Source of the DNA: an uncultured delta proteobacterium
GTDB taxonomy: Bacteria > Myxococcota > UBA727 > VGSZ01
Length of the DNA: 64,000 nucleotides
Direction: 5' to 3'
NCBI GenBank assembly: GCA_963775425.1
Contig: CAVZJB010000014.1
Span: 160,001 to 224,000, forward strand
The position numbers and the translations under genes are program-made. Positions 18,102-28,355 of the stretch are shown here, one piece after another. The notes beneath the pieces were generated by a model. That model had not been told where the DNA came from. It saw only the letters and a list, made by a program, of their open reading frames with translations, and made no database searches. The stretch's first letter is position 1. Each line of letters begins with the position of its first letter.

Positions 18102-18833
18102 ATGACGGTGCCGATGACGGCGCTTTCGCAGAGGGTGCACCGGGGGCTCGCGGCGCGCGCCGACCCCGCCGTGAAGGCGTCGGCCGAGAAGTACTTCCGC
18201 GGGGCCATCCCCTTCATCGGCGTCAAGCGCGCCGGCGTCGACGCGGTCTTGAAGGAGGTGCTCGCGTCGGTGCCCGCGGGCGAGGCTGGCGTGCGCGAAG
18301 CCTTTGCGCTGCTGCGCGCGCCGAGCATGGAGATGCGGCAGATCGGCATCGAGCTTTTGTACCGCCGCAGAAAGCAGCTCGACGACGCCGTCGTCGACGA
18401 GCTCGCTTCGTACTTCGACACGCACGTGGGCGACTGGGCCACCTGCGACGGCGTCGCCGGGCGCGTCCTGCGCGCGCTCGTGAAGCGGCCGTCGGCGAAG
18501 AAGAAGGTCCTGGCGTGGAGCCGCGCGCGGTGCACGTGGCGCAAGCGTGCCGCCGCCGTCGCCTTCGTCAACGACGCGCGCAAGGGCGAAGGCGTCGACG
18601 ACCTCTTCGCCGTCTGCGCCCGCATCGTGACGACGCCCGACCGCTTCGTGCAGCTCGGCTGCGGCTGGGCGCTGCGCGAGCTGTCGCTCGTCGACCGGCC
18701 GCGCGTCGTGCGCTTCATCGAAGACCACGCCGCGCAGCTCTCCCGCGAGGGCTTGCGCTACGCCGTCGAGAAGATGCCGAAGGCCGAGCGCGCCGCCGTC
18801 ATGAAGCGCCACGCCGCGCTCAAGGAGAGGTGA
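18102..18833 (+). CDS. AlkD-family DNA alkylation repair (HEAT-like) protein
   Basis: FIGVK, DWATCD, FVQLGCGWALRE, LRYAVEK. Confidence 0.85.
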   Translation: MTVPMTALSQRVHRGLAARADPAVKASAEKYFRGAIPFIGVKRAGVDAVLKEVLASVPAGEAGVREAFALLRAPSMEMRQIGIELLYRRRKQLDDAVVDELASYFDTHVGDWATCDGVAGRVLRALVKRPSAKKKVLAWSRARCTWRKRAAAVAFVNDARKGEGVDDLFAVCARIVTTPDRFVQLGCGWALRELSLVDRPRVVRFIEDHAAQLSREGLRYAVEKMPKAERAAVMKRHAALKER

Positions 18834-18863
18834 CCCGCAAGACCGAGCGCCGCGCCCCGTGCC

Positions 18864-19433
18864 TCACGGGGCCCAGGTGTCCTGCAGCGTCCCGCACGTC
18901 GTCATCTCCTTGCCGAAGTACGGGTTCTCGAGCTTCTTGGTGGTCTGCACCCACTTCTGGTAGCCCTTGGCCATCGGGCACTCGAACAGGAAGCGCCCCG
19001 TCTGCAGCGCGGCGTTCGCGGCCACCAGCGTCACCACTTGTTTGCTCACGTCGCCGAAGGCGTCGCGCGCGGCGGCGAGGTCTTTGGCCCCGGACATCTT
19101 GTCGGCGGCGCTCGCGAGATCCGTGAGGGGCTGCTTGTCGGCGGCGGCGCCGGCGGCCTCTCGTGCGGCGCTGGCCACGCTCCTGGCGCTCGACCTGGCC
19201 GCGTCGAGGTCGTCGTGGGCGAGCTGGAGCCGCATCGCGTCGTAGGCGTCGAGGACCTCGCCCATCGGGCCCGAGATCCGCGGTGCGATCGGCGGCGGTG
19301 GAGGCGGCGCCGGCGGCGCGGGCGCGGGCGCGGGCGTGGCCACGGGCGCGGGTGAGGGTGTCTCCTCGCCGGCCTTCTTGCATCCGGCGGCGACGAGGAC
19401 GGCGGCAGAAAGAGCGAAGACGGAGAAGCGCAT
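18864..19433 (-). CDS. DUF3347-type lipoprotein (heavy-metal associated)
   Basis: Lipobox AAGC. FECPMA..WVQ...NPYFGKEMTTCG. Confidence 0.8.
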   Translation of the reverse strand: MRFSVFALSAAVLVAAGCKKAGEETPSPAPVATPAPAPAPPAPPPPPPIAPRISGPMGEVLDAYDAMRLQLAHDDLDAARSSARSVASAAREAAGAAADKQPLTDLASAADKMSGAKDLAAARDAFGDVSKQVVTLVAANAALQTGRFLFECPMAKGYQKWVQTTKKLENPYFGKEMTTCGTLQDTWAP

Positions 19434-19546
19434 GAAGAACCTCCCAGCGACGTCATCCAACAAGCTCCGCCGGCTGTCCATTCCCCCGAGCGCGCGGTCG
19501 GATGCCGTGAGCGTGCCGACAGGCCCAGCGATGAAAACGTGCAAGG

Positions 19547-20146
19547 ATGCGCGGCATGAGAGTCTTGCCGGTCGTTGGTCAGGGAGAGGCGAGGCGCGAG
19601 CGCGCCGACGCCCAACAAAACCGCGTGCGCATCCTCGAGGCCGCGCGCAAGTTGATGAGGAAGCGCGCGCTCGACCAGTTGTGCATGGACGAGCTCGCGG
19701 CGTTGGCCGGCGTCGGCAAGGGCACGCTCTACCGGCGCTTCGAGGACAAGCAGGCGCTCTTGCACGCGCTCCTCGACGACGACGAGCGCGCGCTGCAGGA
19801 GGAGGTGCGCGCCGACTTCGGCAAGGCCGAGCCGCGCGTCGAGCTGCTCGCGCTCCTCGACAAGCTCTATGCGTTCCACGTCGAGCACGCCGAGGTGCTC
19901 GCGGCGGCGGAGGCGAGCGCGCGCGGGATGGCCCGCTACGCGGCGCCGCCGTACCAGTGGCGCCACACGGTGCTCGTCGAGCACCTCGCCCGCGCCCGCG
20001 TCGCGCAGGGCGCCGGCGCGGAGCAGCTCGCGGACATGATCCTCGCGTCCATGTCGGGCGAGCTGATCATGCGCGCGCTCACAACCGAGACGCCCGACGG
20101 AGTGCGCGCGCAGGGCCGCGCGTTCTTCAGGTCGGTGTGTCAATGA
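19547..20146 (+). CDS. TetR/AcrR family regulator
   Basis: ERADAQQNRVRILEAAR, AGVGKGTLYRRF. Confidence 0.93.
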   Translation: MRGMRVLPVVGQGEARRERADAQQNRVRILEAARKLMRKRALDQLCMDELAALAGVGKGTLYRRFEDKQALLHALLDDDERALQEEVRADFGKAEPRVELLALLDKLYAFHVEHAEVLAAAEASARGMARYAAPPYQWRHTVLVEHLARARVAQGAGAEQLADMILASMSGELIMRALTTETPDGVRAQGRAFFRSVCQ

Positions 20147-20724
20147 AGCTGATCAAGAAGATCCTGTTCCTCGCCGTTGTCGCCGCGCTCGCGTGGGGCG
20201 CCCTCTGGGTCTACGAGAGCCCGTACTACGCGCTCTACAACATCCACGAGGGGCTCAAGGAGCGCGACGCGGTGCGCGTGGAGCGCTACGCCGACCTCGA
20301 GCGCATGGTGAAGGCCTCCGCCGACGTCGTCGGCGCCCTGGCCAAGGAGAAGATCGGGGTCAACGGCACCGACGCCGGCAGCCAGCTCCTCGGCGCCATC
20401 GTCGGGGCCGTGGCCGGCAAGGTCGGCGACGCCGCCAGCGTGCAGGGCGCGGTGGAGGTGCGCCGCGCCATCCAGGAGGGCCGCATGAAGCCCGCCATCG
20501 GCCCGTTCGTCGTCGACGACGACACGAGCGCCGTGGGCGCGCTGCAGACCGTCGGCGACGTGTCGCTCGTGGACCTCGGCGGGCACTGCAACGGCCACGA
20601 GGCCACGCTGCGCGTGATCTTCGAAAAGCGCGACACCACGGGGCCGCTCGGCCGCCCGCGCAAGTCGGTGCTCGTCGGCGTGGACAAGGGCTCGCTGCCG
20701 GAGCTCGCGCGCGCCTGTCGCTGA
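20143..20724 (+). CDS. DUF2939-like membrane-anchored protein
   Basis: ATGA overlap with tetR. N-terminal TM, then SPYYAL...RDAVRVERYADL. Confidence 0.65.
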   Translation: MKLIKKILFLAVVAALAWGALWVYESPYYALYNIHEGLKERDAVRVERYADLERMVKASADVVGALAKEKIGVNGTDAGSQLLGAIVGAVAGKVGDAASVQGAVEVRRAIQEGRMKPAIGPFVVDDDTSAVGALQTVGDVSLVDLGGHCNGHEATLRVIFEKRDTTGPLGRPRKSVLVGVDKGSLPELARACR

Positions 20725-20768
20725 GGTGACGAGGGCTGCGCCGGGGCCGTGATACCCTAGGCTCACGC

Positions 20769-22139
20769 ATGGCCGCCGTCGACGCAAAGCCCGACCACGA
20801 CGTCGCGTACGTCACCGATGTCGAAGGGATGTGGGAGCGGCTCGCGAGCTTCTGCCGACAAAACCCCTTGGTCTCCCTCGACGACGCCGGGCTGCACGTG
20901 CGGCCCGGGGCCACCTTCGTCTTCGGCGGCGACGCCATCGACCGCGGGCCCGCTTCGCGCCACATCGTGCGCACCCTGTTCGCGGCGAAGGAGCGGCAGC
21001 CGGACCAGGTGGTGCTCCTCGCCGGCAACCGCGACCTCAACAAGCTCCGGCTCGCGCGCGAGCTGTTCGGCCACCCGCCGCGGCGCGCGCCCGAGGAGAT
21101 GCGCAACGCGCCGCGGGCGGAGCTGCTCAAGTGGATCATGGCCAACACCATGGGCGCGGCCGAGGCGTTCGAGCACCGGCGCACCGAGCTCATCGCCGAG
21201 CTCCTCGTCGAGCGGGGCGCCCTCGCGGCCGACGCCGCCGCCGTCGGCGGGGGCGGCGCCGTCACAGGGCTCGCCGCGGACGAGCGGCGCGCGCTCGTCG
21301 AGGACGAGGCGGTGGCGCAGAGCTACGTCGACGACCTCGCGCCCGGCGGCGAGCTGTCGCGCTACCTCGAGCGCTGCCAGCTCACGTGGCGCGCCGGGCG
21401 CACGCTCTTTGTCCATGGCGGCCTCGCGGAGGAGGCGCTCACGGTGGTGCCGGGCACCCCGGACACGGACCTCGCGCACCTCGACATCGAGCGTTGGCGC
21501 GCCCGCCTCGAGCACTTCTACGAGACGCAGATGGCGGCGTTTCGCGCGCGCGCCGTCGAGCCCGACGGCCGGCCGGCGTGGGAGTCGGCCATCCTGTACC
21601 AGGCGCCGCGCAAGGGCCTGAAGATGAACCCGGGCAGCGTGGTCTACGGGCGCATGGCCGACGAGCACAACAACCCCACGCTGCCCAAGAAGGACGTCGT
21701 CGACGCGCTGTTGCGCGCCGGCGTCTCCCGCGTCGTCGTCGGTCACACGCCGAGCGGCGACACGCCGTCCATCGTGCGCACCGCGGAGGCGGCGTTCGAG
21801 ATCGTGAACGCCGACAACTCCCGCTCGCGCGTCCCCACGGGGTCGCAGGTGTACGTGCGCGACGAGGCGCTCACCGTGCGCGGCAACGTCGTCCTCGACG
21901 ACGACAGCGCGCACGCCGTCGGCCTCGAGCTGCCATCCGACGACCGCGCCACGCCCGTGGGCTTGCGCACCGGCGAGGGCGGCCTCGTGAAGGCGCCGCT
22001 CGGCGGCGGCTGGCTCGTGTTCCGCTACCTGCCCGCGTACGAGGTCACGCAGCGCCTGGTGCGGGAGCTCGGCGCGCTCGAGGAGCCCGCGGAGCCGCCG
22101 CGGCCCGCGCCGGCGTCGCCCGGCGGCGTGCCCGGTTGA
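20769..22139 (+). CDS. Calcineurin-like metallophosphoesterase
   Basis: TDVEG, GDAIDRG, GNRD, FVHGG, VVGHTP. Confidence 0.85.
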   Translation: MAAVDAKPDHDVAYVTDVEGMWERLASFCRQNPLVSLDDAGLHVRPGATFVFGGDAIDRGPASRHIVRTLFAAKERQPDQVVLLAGNRDLNKLRLARELFGHPPRRAPEEMRNAPRAELLKWIMANTMGAAEAFEHRRTELIAELLVERGALAADAAAVGGGGAVTGLAADERRALVEDEAVAQSYVDDLAPGGELSRYLERCQLTWRAGRTLFVHGGLAEEALTVVPGTPDTDLAHLDIERWRARLEHFYETQMAAFRARAVEPDGRPAWESAILYQAPRKGLKMNPGSVVYGRMADEHNNPTLPKKDVVDALLRAGVSRVVVGHTPSGDTPSIVRTAEAAFEIVNADNSRSRVPTGSQVYVRDEALTVRGNVVLDDDSAHAVGLELPSDDRATPVGLRTGEGGLVKAPLGGGWLVFRYLPAYEVTQRLVRELGALEEPAEPPRPAPASPGGVPG

Positions 22140-22194
22140 GGAGCGCGCGCTCCCCCCTTTCCTGCCGCGGCGCCGCCGGCCATCGAGCCCTGCC

Positions 22195-23454
22195 GTGAGG
22201 CCGCGGACCTTCATGCCGTTCCTCGTCGGGCGCGTCCTGTCCGCGCTCGGGCGGCAGATGCTGTCGGTGGCCGTGGGCTGGGACCTCTACGAGCGCACCG
22301 GCTCGTTCGTCGTGCTCGGGCTCGTCGGCCTCGCGCAGGTGTCGCCGGTGCTGCTCCTGTCCGTCCCCATGGGACACGCCGTCGATCGCCTCGACGCGCG
22401 CCGCACGGGGGCGCTGTCGTGCCTGTTGCTCTCGCTCACCGGCGCCGGCTTCACCGCGGCCGCGCTCGTCACCGCCCCGCTGTGGATGATGTTCACGCTC
22501 CTCGTGGCGCACGGCGTCGGCATGGCCATGCACGCGCCGTCGGTGGCGTCGGTGCTGCCGCGCCTCGTCGACAAGGACTCCCGCGCCCGCGCCAACGCCC
22601 TCGTCAGCACCGGCTTCGAGCTCGCCTCCATCGGCGGCCCCGCCGCCGCCGGCCTCATCCTCGGCGTCACTCGCAGCGCCGCCGTGATCTACGCGCTGCA
22701 CGCGGCCCTCTCGCTCGCCCTCTTCGTGGTGCTGGCGGTGTTTCAGGCGCGCGGCGTCGGGGCGCCGGAGGCGGGCGCCGCCGGCGGACGGTCGCTGCGC
22801 GACATGGTGGCGGGGGTGCGCTTCGTGTTCGCCTCGCGCCTGCTGTTGCCGGCGATGACGCTCGACCTGTTCGCCGTGCTCTTCGGCGGCGTCACCGCGC
22901 TCATGCCCGCGTTCGCCAAGGACATCCTCGCCGTGGGCCCGAGCGGCCTCGGCGCGCTGCGCGCGGCGCCTGCGCTCGGCGCTCTCGTCACCGCCATCAT
23001 TTCGACGCGCATTGGACCATGGAAGCGTCCGGGACGCGTGCTGTTCTTCACCATCACCGTGTTCGGCGTGAGCACGCTCGCCTTCGCGTTGTCGCCGTGG
23101 CTGCCGCTGTCGTGCGCGTGCCTGGCCCTCGCCGGCGGCGCCGACGAGGTGAGCGTGATCATCCGTCAGACCCTGGAGCAGATGGTCACGCCCGACGCCA
23201 TGCGCGGCCGCGTCTCCGCGGTGCGCTACGTCTTCGTGGGCATGTCCAACCAGCTCGGCGAGCTCGAGAGCGGCCTCACCGCCGCGCTGCTCGGGGCCGT
23301 GGGCGCCGTCGCCGCGGGCGCGGTGGCGTGCCTCGCCGTCATCGGCGTGGTGGCCTGGCGCTGGCCGCAGCTGCGCCGCCTGGGGCCGCTGCAGGCGCTC
23401 ACCCCCGAGGACGAAACCACGGCGGCTCCGCCACGAGGCTCGTCTTCCCGCTGA
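22195..23454 (+). CDS. MFS transporter (EntS/DHA3-like)
   Basis: 12 TM segments, LDLFAVLFGG, MRGRVSA, SNQLGELESG. Confidence 0.9.
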   Translation: MRPRTFMPFLVGRVLSALGRQMLSVAVGWDLYERTGSFVVLGLVGLAQVSPVLLLSVPMGHAVDRLDARRTGALSCLLLSLTGAGFTAAALVTAPLWMMFTLLVAHGVGMAMHAPSVASVLPRLVDKDSRARANALVSTGFELASIGGPAAAGLILGVTRSAAVIYALHAALSLALFVVLAVFQARGVGAPEAGAAGGRSLRDMVAGVRFVFASRLLLPAMTLDLFAVLFGGVTALMPAFAKDILAVGPSGLGALRAAPALGALVTAIISTRIGPWKRPGRVLFFTITVFGVSTLAFALSPWLPLSCACLALAGGADEVSVIIRQTLEQMVTPDAMRGRVSAVRYVFVGMSNQLGELESGLTAALLGAVGAVAAGAVACLAVIGVVAWRWPQLRRLGPLQALTPEDETTAAPPRGSSSR

Positions 23455-24499
23455 ACGCGCCGCGCATCCCGGGCTGCGCGTGCATATACGGATAGTGCAG
23501 GTCGGGCGCGCCGGCGTCGTCGAGGGCGCGCTGCGCGTCCGCGGGGATGTCGACGTCGAGCGCGCGCAGCGTGTCCTCGAGCTGGCCGCGCGTGGTGGCG
23601 CCGAGCAGCGTGGAGGTGACGCCCGGCCGCCTCGTCGCCCAGGCCACCGCCACCTGCGCCGGGCTCCTCCCGAGCGCGCCGGCGACCTCGCGCAGGGCGT
23701 CGAGGATGCGCCAGTTTCGCTCGGTGTAGAGCTTCTTGAACCCCGGGTGGGTGCTGTTCTCGAAGCGCTTGAAGCGCCCCTCGCCCTCGAGGGCGCCGCC
23801 TTCGCCTCGACGGAATTTCCCCGTGAGCAGACCGCTCGCGAGCGGCGACCACGGCACGATGCCCATGCCGAGCGCGAGCGCGAGGGGCACGTGCTCACGC
23901 TCGATGTTCCGCTCCACCAGCGAATACTCGAGCTGGAGCGCGCACAGCGGCGAAGACCCACGCAGCTCCGCGAGCGTCTGCGCCCGGGCGGCGATCCAGC
24001 CGGGCACGTTGGACAAGCCCACGTAGCGCACCTTGCCCGCGCGCACGGCGTCGTCGAGGGCGCGCATGATCTCGTCGACGGGGGTGACGCCGTCCCAGGC
24101 GTGCACCCAGTAGAGGTCCACGCAGTCCGTGCCCAGGCGCGCGAGCGATGCCTCCAGCGCGCGCATCATGTGCTTGCGCCCGTTGCCGCCGCCGTTGGGG
24201 TCGCCGTCCGTGGTCGACAACGAGAACTTGGTGGCGAGCACCGTGCGGTCACGGGCTCCCCGCTCCCTCAGCCACGCGCCCACGATCTCCTCGCTGGTGC
24301 CGCCGGTGTAGATGTCGGCGGTGTCGAGGAAGTTGCCGCCGGCCTCGGCGTAGACGTCCATGAGCTCGAAGGCGCGCTCGCGGGGGATGCCCCAGCCCCA
24401 CTCGGTGCCGAAGGTCATGGTGCCAAGGCACAAGGGGCTCACGCGGAGCCCGCTGCGCCCGAGGAGCGCGTAGCGCGCGAGGGAATCGATCTGCCCCAT
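23399..24499 (-). CDS. Aldo/keto reductase
   Basis: LGRSGLRVSPLCLGTMTFG, DTADIY, WSPLASG. Confidence 0.93.
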   Translation of the reverse strand: MGQIDSLARYALLGRSGLRVSPLCLGTMTFGTEWGWGIPRERAFELMDVYAEAGGNFLDTADIYTGGTSEEIVGAWLRERGARDRTVLATKFSLSTTDGDPNGGGNGRKHMMRALEASLARLGTDCVDLYWVHAWDGVTPVDEIMRALDDAVRAGKVRYVGLSNVPGWIAARAQTLAELRGSSPLCALQLEYSLVERNIEREHVPLALALGMGIVPWSPLASGLLTGKFRRGEGGALEGEGRFKRFENSTHPGFKKLYTERNWRILDALREVAGALGRSPAQVAVAWATRRPGVTSTLLGATTRGQLEDTLRALDVDIPADAQRALDDAGAPDLHYPYMHAQPGMRGAFSGKTSLVAEPPWFRPRG

Positions 24500-24604
24500 G
24501 GATCCTCCGGCCGAGGACCATCGCACGCCGCCGGCCGCGGGCAAGCCGCGGCTCGTCACGCCTGCCCCCTCGACGCCGCGCGCGCTCGTGACTAAGGCCG
24601 CTGC

Positions 24605-27421
24605 ATGGAGCGCCACGTCGTCGGCATCGATCTCGGCACGACGCACACCGTCGTCGCGCACGCCCCTCTCGGCGGGCCCGAGGAGGCCGCCCCCGAGGAG
24701 GCGGGCGGCGCGCCCGAGGGTGCCATCGTCGACGACCCGGTGCCGCAGACCACGTCGCCGGGCGAGGTGGCGGCGTTGCCGCAGCTCGCCTCGGCCGTCT
24801 ACCTGGCCTCGCCCGACGAGCTCCCGGCGGACGCCGCGCGCCTGCCGTGGGGGTTGCCGCGAAAGACCGGCGGCGCCGTCGAGGTCCTCGGCGCCTACGC
24901 GCGCGCGCAGGGCCAGAAGGTCCCCGGCCGCCTGATCGTCAGCGCCAAGAGCTGGCTGTGCGTGCCGGGCGTCGATCGCACCTCGCCCATCCTGCCCTGG
25001 GCCGCCGCCGACGGCGTGCCCAGGCTCTCGCCCGTCGACGTGCAGGGGCGCCTGCTCGAGCACGTGAAGGGCGCCTGGAACCACGCGCACGAGGACGCGC
25101 CGCTCAGCGAGCAGGAGGTCGTGGTGACGGTGCCCGCGTCCTTCGACGAGGTGGCGCGCGAGCTCACCCTGCGCGCGGCCGCCGAGGCAGGCCTGCCGCA
25201 CGTGCGCCTGCTCGAGGAGCCGCAGGCGGCCTTCTACGCCTTCCTCCACGCCCACGCGCGCTCGCTGGCCGCGGACCTCGAAGGCGTGCGCATGGTCCTG
25301 GTCGCCGACGTCGGCGGCGGCACCACCGATCTCACTTTGATTGTCGCTGAACCGTCGAATTCAGGGCCGCCGGCGCTGTCCCGCATCGCGGTCGGCGAGC
25401 ACCTGATGCTCGGCGGCGACAACATGGACGTCACCCTCGCCCGCTTCGTGGAGAAGGAGCTCACCGGGACCATCGGCGGCCTCGACGCGGCGTCGTGGGG
25501 CTCGCTCGTCGAGAGCGCGCGCGCGGGCAAGGAGGCGCTCCTGTCCGAGCGCGCGCCCGAGGAGCACGGCGTCAGCATCGTCAGCCGCACGAGCCGCCTG
25601 GTGGGCGGCACGCGCACGCGCCCCGTGAAGCGCGCGGAGGTCGAGGCGCTGGTGCTCGACGGCTTCTTCCCGAAGGTCGGCCGTGACGACGTTCCCAGCC
25701 GTCGCACGCGCACCGCGCTCACGGAGCTCGGGCTCCCCTTCGCGCAGGACCCGGCGGTCACGCGCCACGTGCTCGGCTTCCTGCGCCGTCACCAGGAGGC
25801 GGCGGCGCAGGCGGGGGCGCGCATCGTGGACGGCGTCCCCCGTCCCGACGCGGTGCTCTTGAACGGCGGCGTGTTCAAGAGCGACAAGATCCGCGCGCGC
25901 TTCCTCGACGCGCTGGCGTCGTGGACCGGCGGCGAGCCCGTGCGCGTCCTCGGCGACGTCGAGGCGGGCCTGGATCTGGCCGTGGCCCGCGGCGCGGCCT
26001 ACTCGGGCCTGGTGCGGCGCGGCAAGGGGCTGCGCATCGGCGGCGGCAGCGCCCGCGCGTACTTCGTCGGCGTCGGCGCCGGCGACGACGGCGACGGCGC
26101 CCGGGGCGAGCGCGCGCTGTGCGTGGTGCCCAAGGGGATGCACGAGGGCGAGCGCATCGCGGTGGACCGCACGTTTCGCCTGGTGCTCGACCGCCCCGTG
26201 GGCTTCCCGCTGTTCACCTCCACGTCGTCGGCCGCGCGGGCGGGCGAGATCGTCGACGTCACCGACGACCTCGAGGCGCTCCCGCCGCTGCAGGCGGTGT
26301 TGCAGAGCGAGCCGGAGGTGCCGGTGCGCGTGGAGGCGCTGTTTTCGGAGATCGGCACCCTCGAGCTGTCGCTCAAGATGAGCGACGTCGCGCTGCGGCG
26401 CTTCAAGCTCCAGTTCTCCACGCGCAGCGAGGGCGTCGTCGACGGCGACGGCGCCGCCAAGCCCGGCCAGGTGCCGAAGGCGGAGGGGCTGCCCAAGCGC
26501 ATCGAAGAGGGGCGAGACCTCGTGCTCGCGTTCTTCGGCAACAAGAAGAAGGACGTCGACAAGGCCAAGGTGAAGGACCTGCGCCGCGAGCTCGAGAAGG
26601 TCTTCGGCCCGCGCGACACGTGGACGCCCGGCACCAACCGCGAGCTGTGCGGCACGCTGCTCGGCGGCGCCAAGAACCGCCGGCGCACCGCGGAGCACGA
26701 GAGGGTGTTCTTCCACCTCGTGGGCTTCACCCTGCGCCCGGGCTTCGGCGCCCCCTTCGATGATTGGCGAATCGAGCAACTGTGGCCCCTGTGGAAGGAA
26801 GGCGTGCAGTACGTCTCGGAGAAGCCGACCTGGGCGGCGTGGTGGGTGATGTGGCGGCGCGTGGCGGGCGGCCTGCCGGCGGAGCGTCAGCGGGAGCTGG
26901 GGGCGTACCTGCGCCCGTGGCTGCTCGAGCAGGGCACGGGAAAGAAGGGCGCGGGGGCGACGCCGCACGGGCAGGACGAGATGGTGCGGCTGGTGGCGTC
27001 GTTGGAGCGGCTGCCTGCGGCAGACAAGGTGGAGCTCGGCGACTTCGTGGTGAAGAAGATCGGCCGTGGCGGGGTGTCGACGTGGTGGCCGCTCGGGCGC
27101 CTGGGCGCGCGGCAGTTCCTGGCGGGTAGCGCCCACGATGTGGTGCCGGCCGAGGTGGCGTCACGCTGGATCGACAAGCTCCTCAACACCGAGCTGAAGA
27201 CCGCGCAGGGCGCGGCGTTCGCGCTCGCGCAGATCGCGCGCGTCACCGGCGACCGCGCCCGCGACCTCGACGAGGCGCTGCGCAGGAAGGTCGCGGAGCG
27301 GCTGGACAAGGCCGGCGCGCCCGCGCACCTGGCGAAGATGGTGCGGGAGCACGTGGAGTGGACGGCGGACGACGAGGCGCAGGCCTTCGGCGAGGCGTTG
27401 CCGCCTGGCCTCCGCCTTTGA
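24605..27421 (+). CDS. Hsp70-family protein with C-terminal DUF3731-like domain
   Basis: GIDLGTT, TVPASF, EEPQAA, DVGGGTTD, LGGDNMD; C-terminal LRPGFG..DDWR. Confidence 0.9.
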   Translation: MERHVVGIDLGTTHTVVAHAPLGGPEEAAPEEAGGAPEGAIVDDPVPQTTSPGEVAALPQLASAVYLASPDELPADAARLPWGLPRKTGGAVEVLGAYARAQGQKVPGRLIVSAKSWLCVPGVDRTSPILPWAAADGVPRLSPVDVQGRLLEHVKGAWNHAHEDAPLSEQEVVVTVPASFDEVARELTLRAAAEAGLPHVRLLEEPQAAFYAFLHAHARSLAADLEGVRMVLVADVGGGTTDLTLIVAEPSNSGPPALSRIAVGEHLMLGGDNMDVTLARFVEKELTGTIGGLDAASWGSLVESARAGKEALLSERAPEEHGVSIVSRTSRLVGGTRTRPVKRAEVEALVLDGFFPKVGRDDVPSRRTRTALTELGLPFAQDPAVTRHVLGFLRRHQEAAAQAGARIVDGVPRPDAVLLNGGVFKSDKIRARFLDALASWTGGEPVRVLGDVEAGLDLAVARGAAYSGLVRRGKGLRIGGGSARAYFVGVGAGDDGDGARGERALCVVPKGMHEGERIAVDRTFRLVLDRPVGFPLFTSTSSAARAGEIVDVTDDLEALPPLQAVLQSEPEVPVRVEALFSEIGTLELSLKMSDVALRRFKLQFSTRSEGVVDGDGAAKPGQVPKAEGLPKRIEEGRDLVLAFFGNKKKDVDKAKVKDLRRELEKVFGPRDTWTPGTNRELCGTLLGGAKNRRRTAEHERVFFHLVGFTLRPGFGAPFDDWRIEQLWPLWKEGVQYVSEKPTWAAWWVMWRRVAGGLPAERQRELGAYLRPWLLEQGTGKKGAGATPHGQDEMVRLVASLERLPAADKVELGDFVVKKIGRGGVSTWWPLGRLGARQFLAGSAHDVVPAEVASRWIDKLLNTELKTAQGAAFALAQIARVTGDRARDLDEALRRKVAERLDKAGAPAHLAKMVREHVEWTADDEAQAFGEALPPGLRL

Positions 27422-27469
27422 GCGCCGCCTTTGCGCGCCGCCTTTGCGCGCCGCCTTGGAGCGCCGCCC
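27412..27469 (+). repeat. 13-bp tandem repeat, ~4.5 copies (CCGCCTTTGMGCG)
   Basis: Units at 27412, 27425, 27438 and 27451, with a partial unit at 27464. Spans the Hsp70 stop codon. Confidence 0.85.
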
Positions 27470-27488
27470 TGGGGCCCCGGCCGCAGGA

Positions 27489-28355
27489 TCAATGCACGTC
27501 GTCGGCGTGATCGAACACCACGCGACCACCGTCGAAGCGGAAGACCTCGTCATAGTCGCCGAAGGACGCGCCCTCGACGCAGTCGCGCCCCGCGCCGCGC
27601 ACGCGCAGGAGCGTGGAGCCCGGGCCGCTCTTCACCGAGAGGTCGGTGAGGTTGCAGCAGGCCTGCTCGTCGACGATGGCGCCGGAGGGGAACGACAGCT
27701 CATGGCGCTTGAGTCGCCCGCGCTCGCTCTTCTCGATGACGGCGAGCCGGGGGCAGCGCCAGCGCGTCCCCTTGGCGCTCGCCGCCGTCGCAGGCACGAG
27801 CGCGAGGCAGGCGCTGCCGCGGCCGCTCGGCGGCGTGATGGCGACGGCGCCGGCGAAGGCGCCCACGGCGCAGGGCGCGCTGCGGAAGCTGCCGTCGCCC
27901 TCCTCGGCGCGCCGGCGCACGAGGCCGCGCTCGACGCTGTCGCACTCGGGCCCGCCCTGCGCCCCCGCGGGGACGCAGCCGCCGCCGCACAGCCCGGTGT
28001 TGAACGCCAGCGCGCGCGCGACGACGGAGCCGGGCTCGAGGGCGGGCGCCTCCCTCAGGAGCGCGAGGCACTCGTCGTCGTCGCCGCGCTTGTGCGCGAG
28101 GAGCGCGAGGTCGCTCACGAGCCAGCCCTGTCGGCGGGCGGAGAGCTTCGCGAAGCACGCGGCCTTCACCTGCTCGAGCAGGTGCGCGGCCTCGCCGCGC
28201 TTGCCGCGCGCCTGGAGCCGGCGCGCGCGGGCGTTTTCGTCCTCGAGCTTGGCGGTGCAGGCGGCGTCCCCGTCGCCGCTGGCGACGGGGGCGACGGGGG
28301 CGGCGGGGGCGGGCGCGCCGCCGGCGGCGAGGGCGAAGAGGGCGAGCGCGAGCAC
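27489..28355 (-). CDS. Secreted Cys-rich hypothetical protein with helical/TPR-like N-terminal part
   Basis: Signal peptide, multiple Cys and coding-like codon usage. Confidence 0.6.
   Translation of the reverse strand: MLALALFALAAGGAPAPAAPVAPVASGDGDAACTAKLEDENARARRLQARGKRGEAAHLLEQVKAACFAKLSARRQGWLVSDLALLAHKRGDDDECLALLREAPALEPGSVVARALAFNTGLCGGGCVPAGAQGGPECDSVERGLVRRRAEEGDGSFRSAPCAVGAFAGAVAITPPSGRGSACLALVPATAASAKGTRWRCPRLAVIEKSERGRLKRHELSFPSGAIVDEQACCNLTDLSVKSGPGSTLLRVRGAGRDCVEGASFGDYDEVFRFDGGRVVFDHADDVH

Noticed and set aside
24605-27421. dnaK
   Set aside because: It lacks the DnaK substrate-binding domain and has a DUF3731-like C-terminus. It is a specialised Hsp70.
27412-27469. CRISPR array (also considered for 1465-1529)
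   Set aside because: No unique spacers, wrong repeat length and no cas genes.
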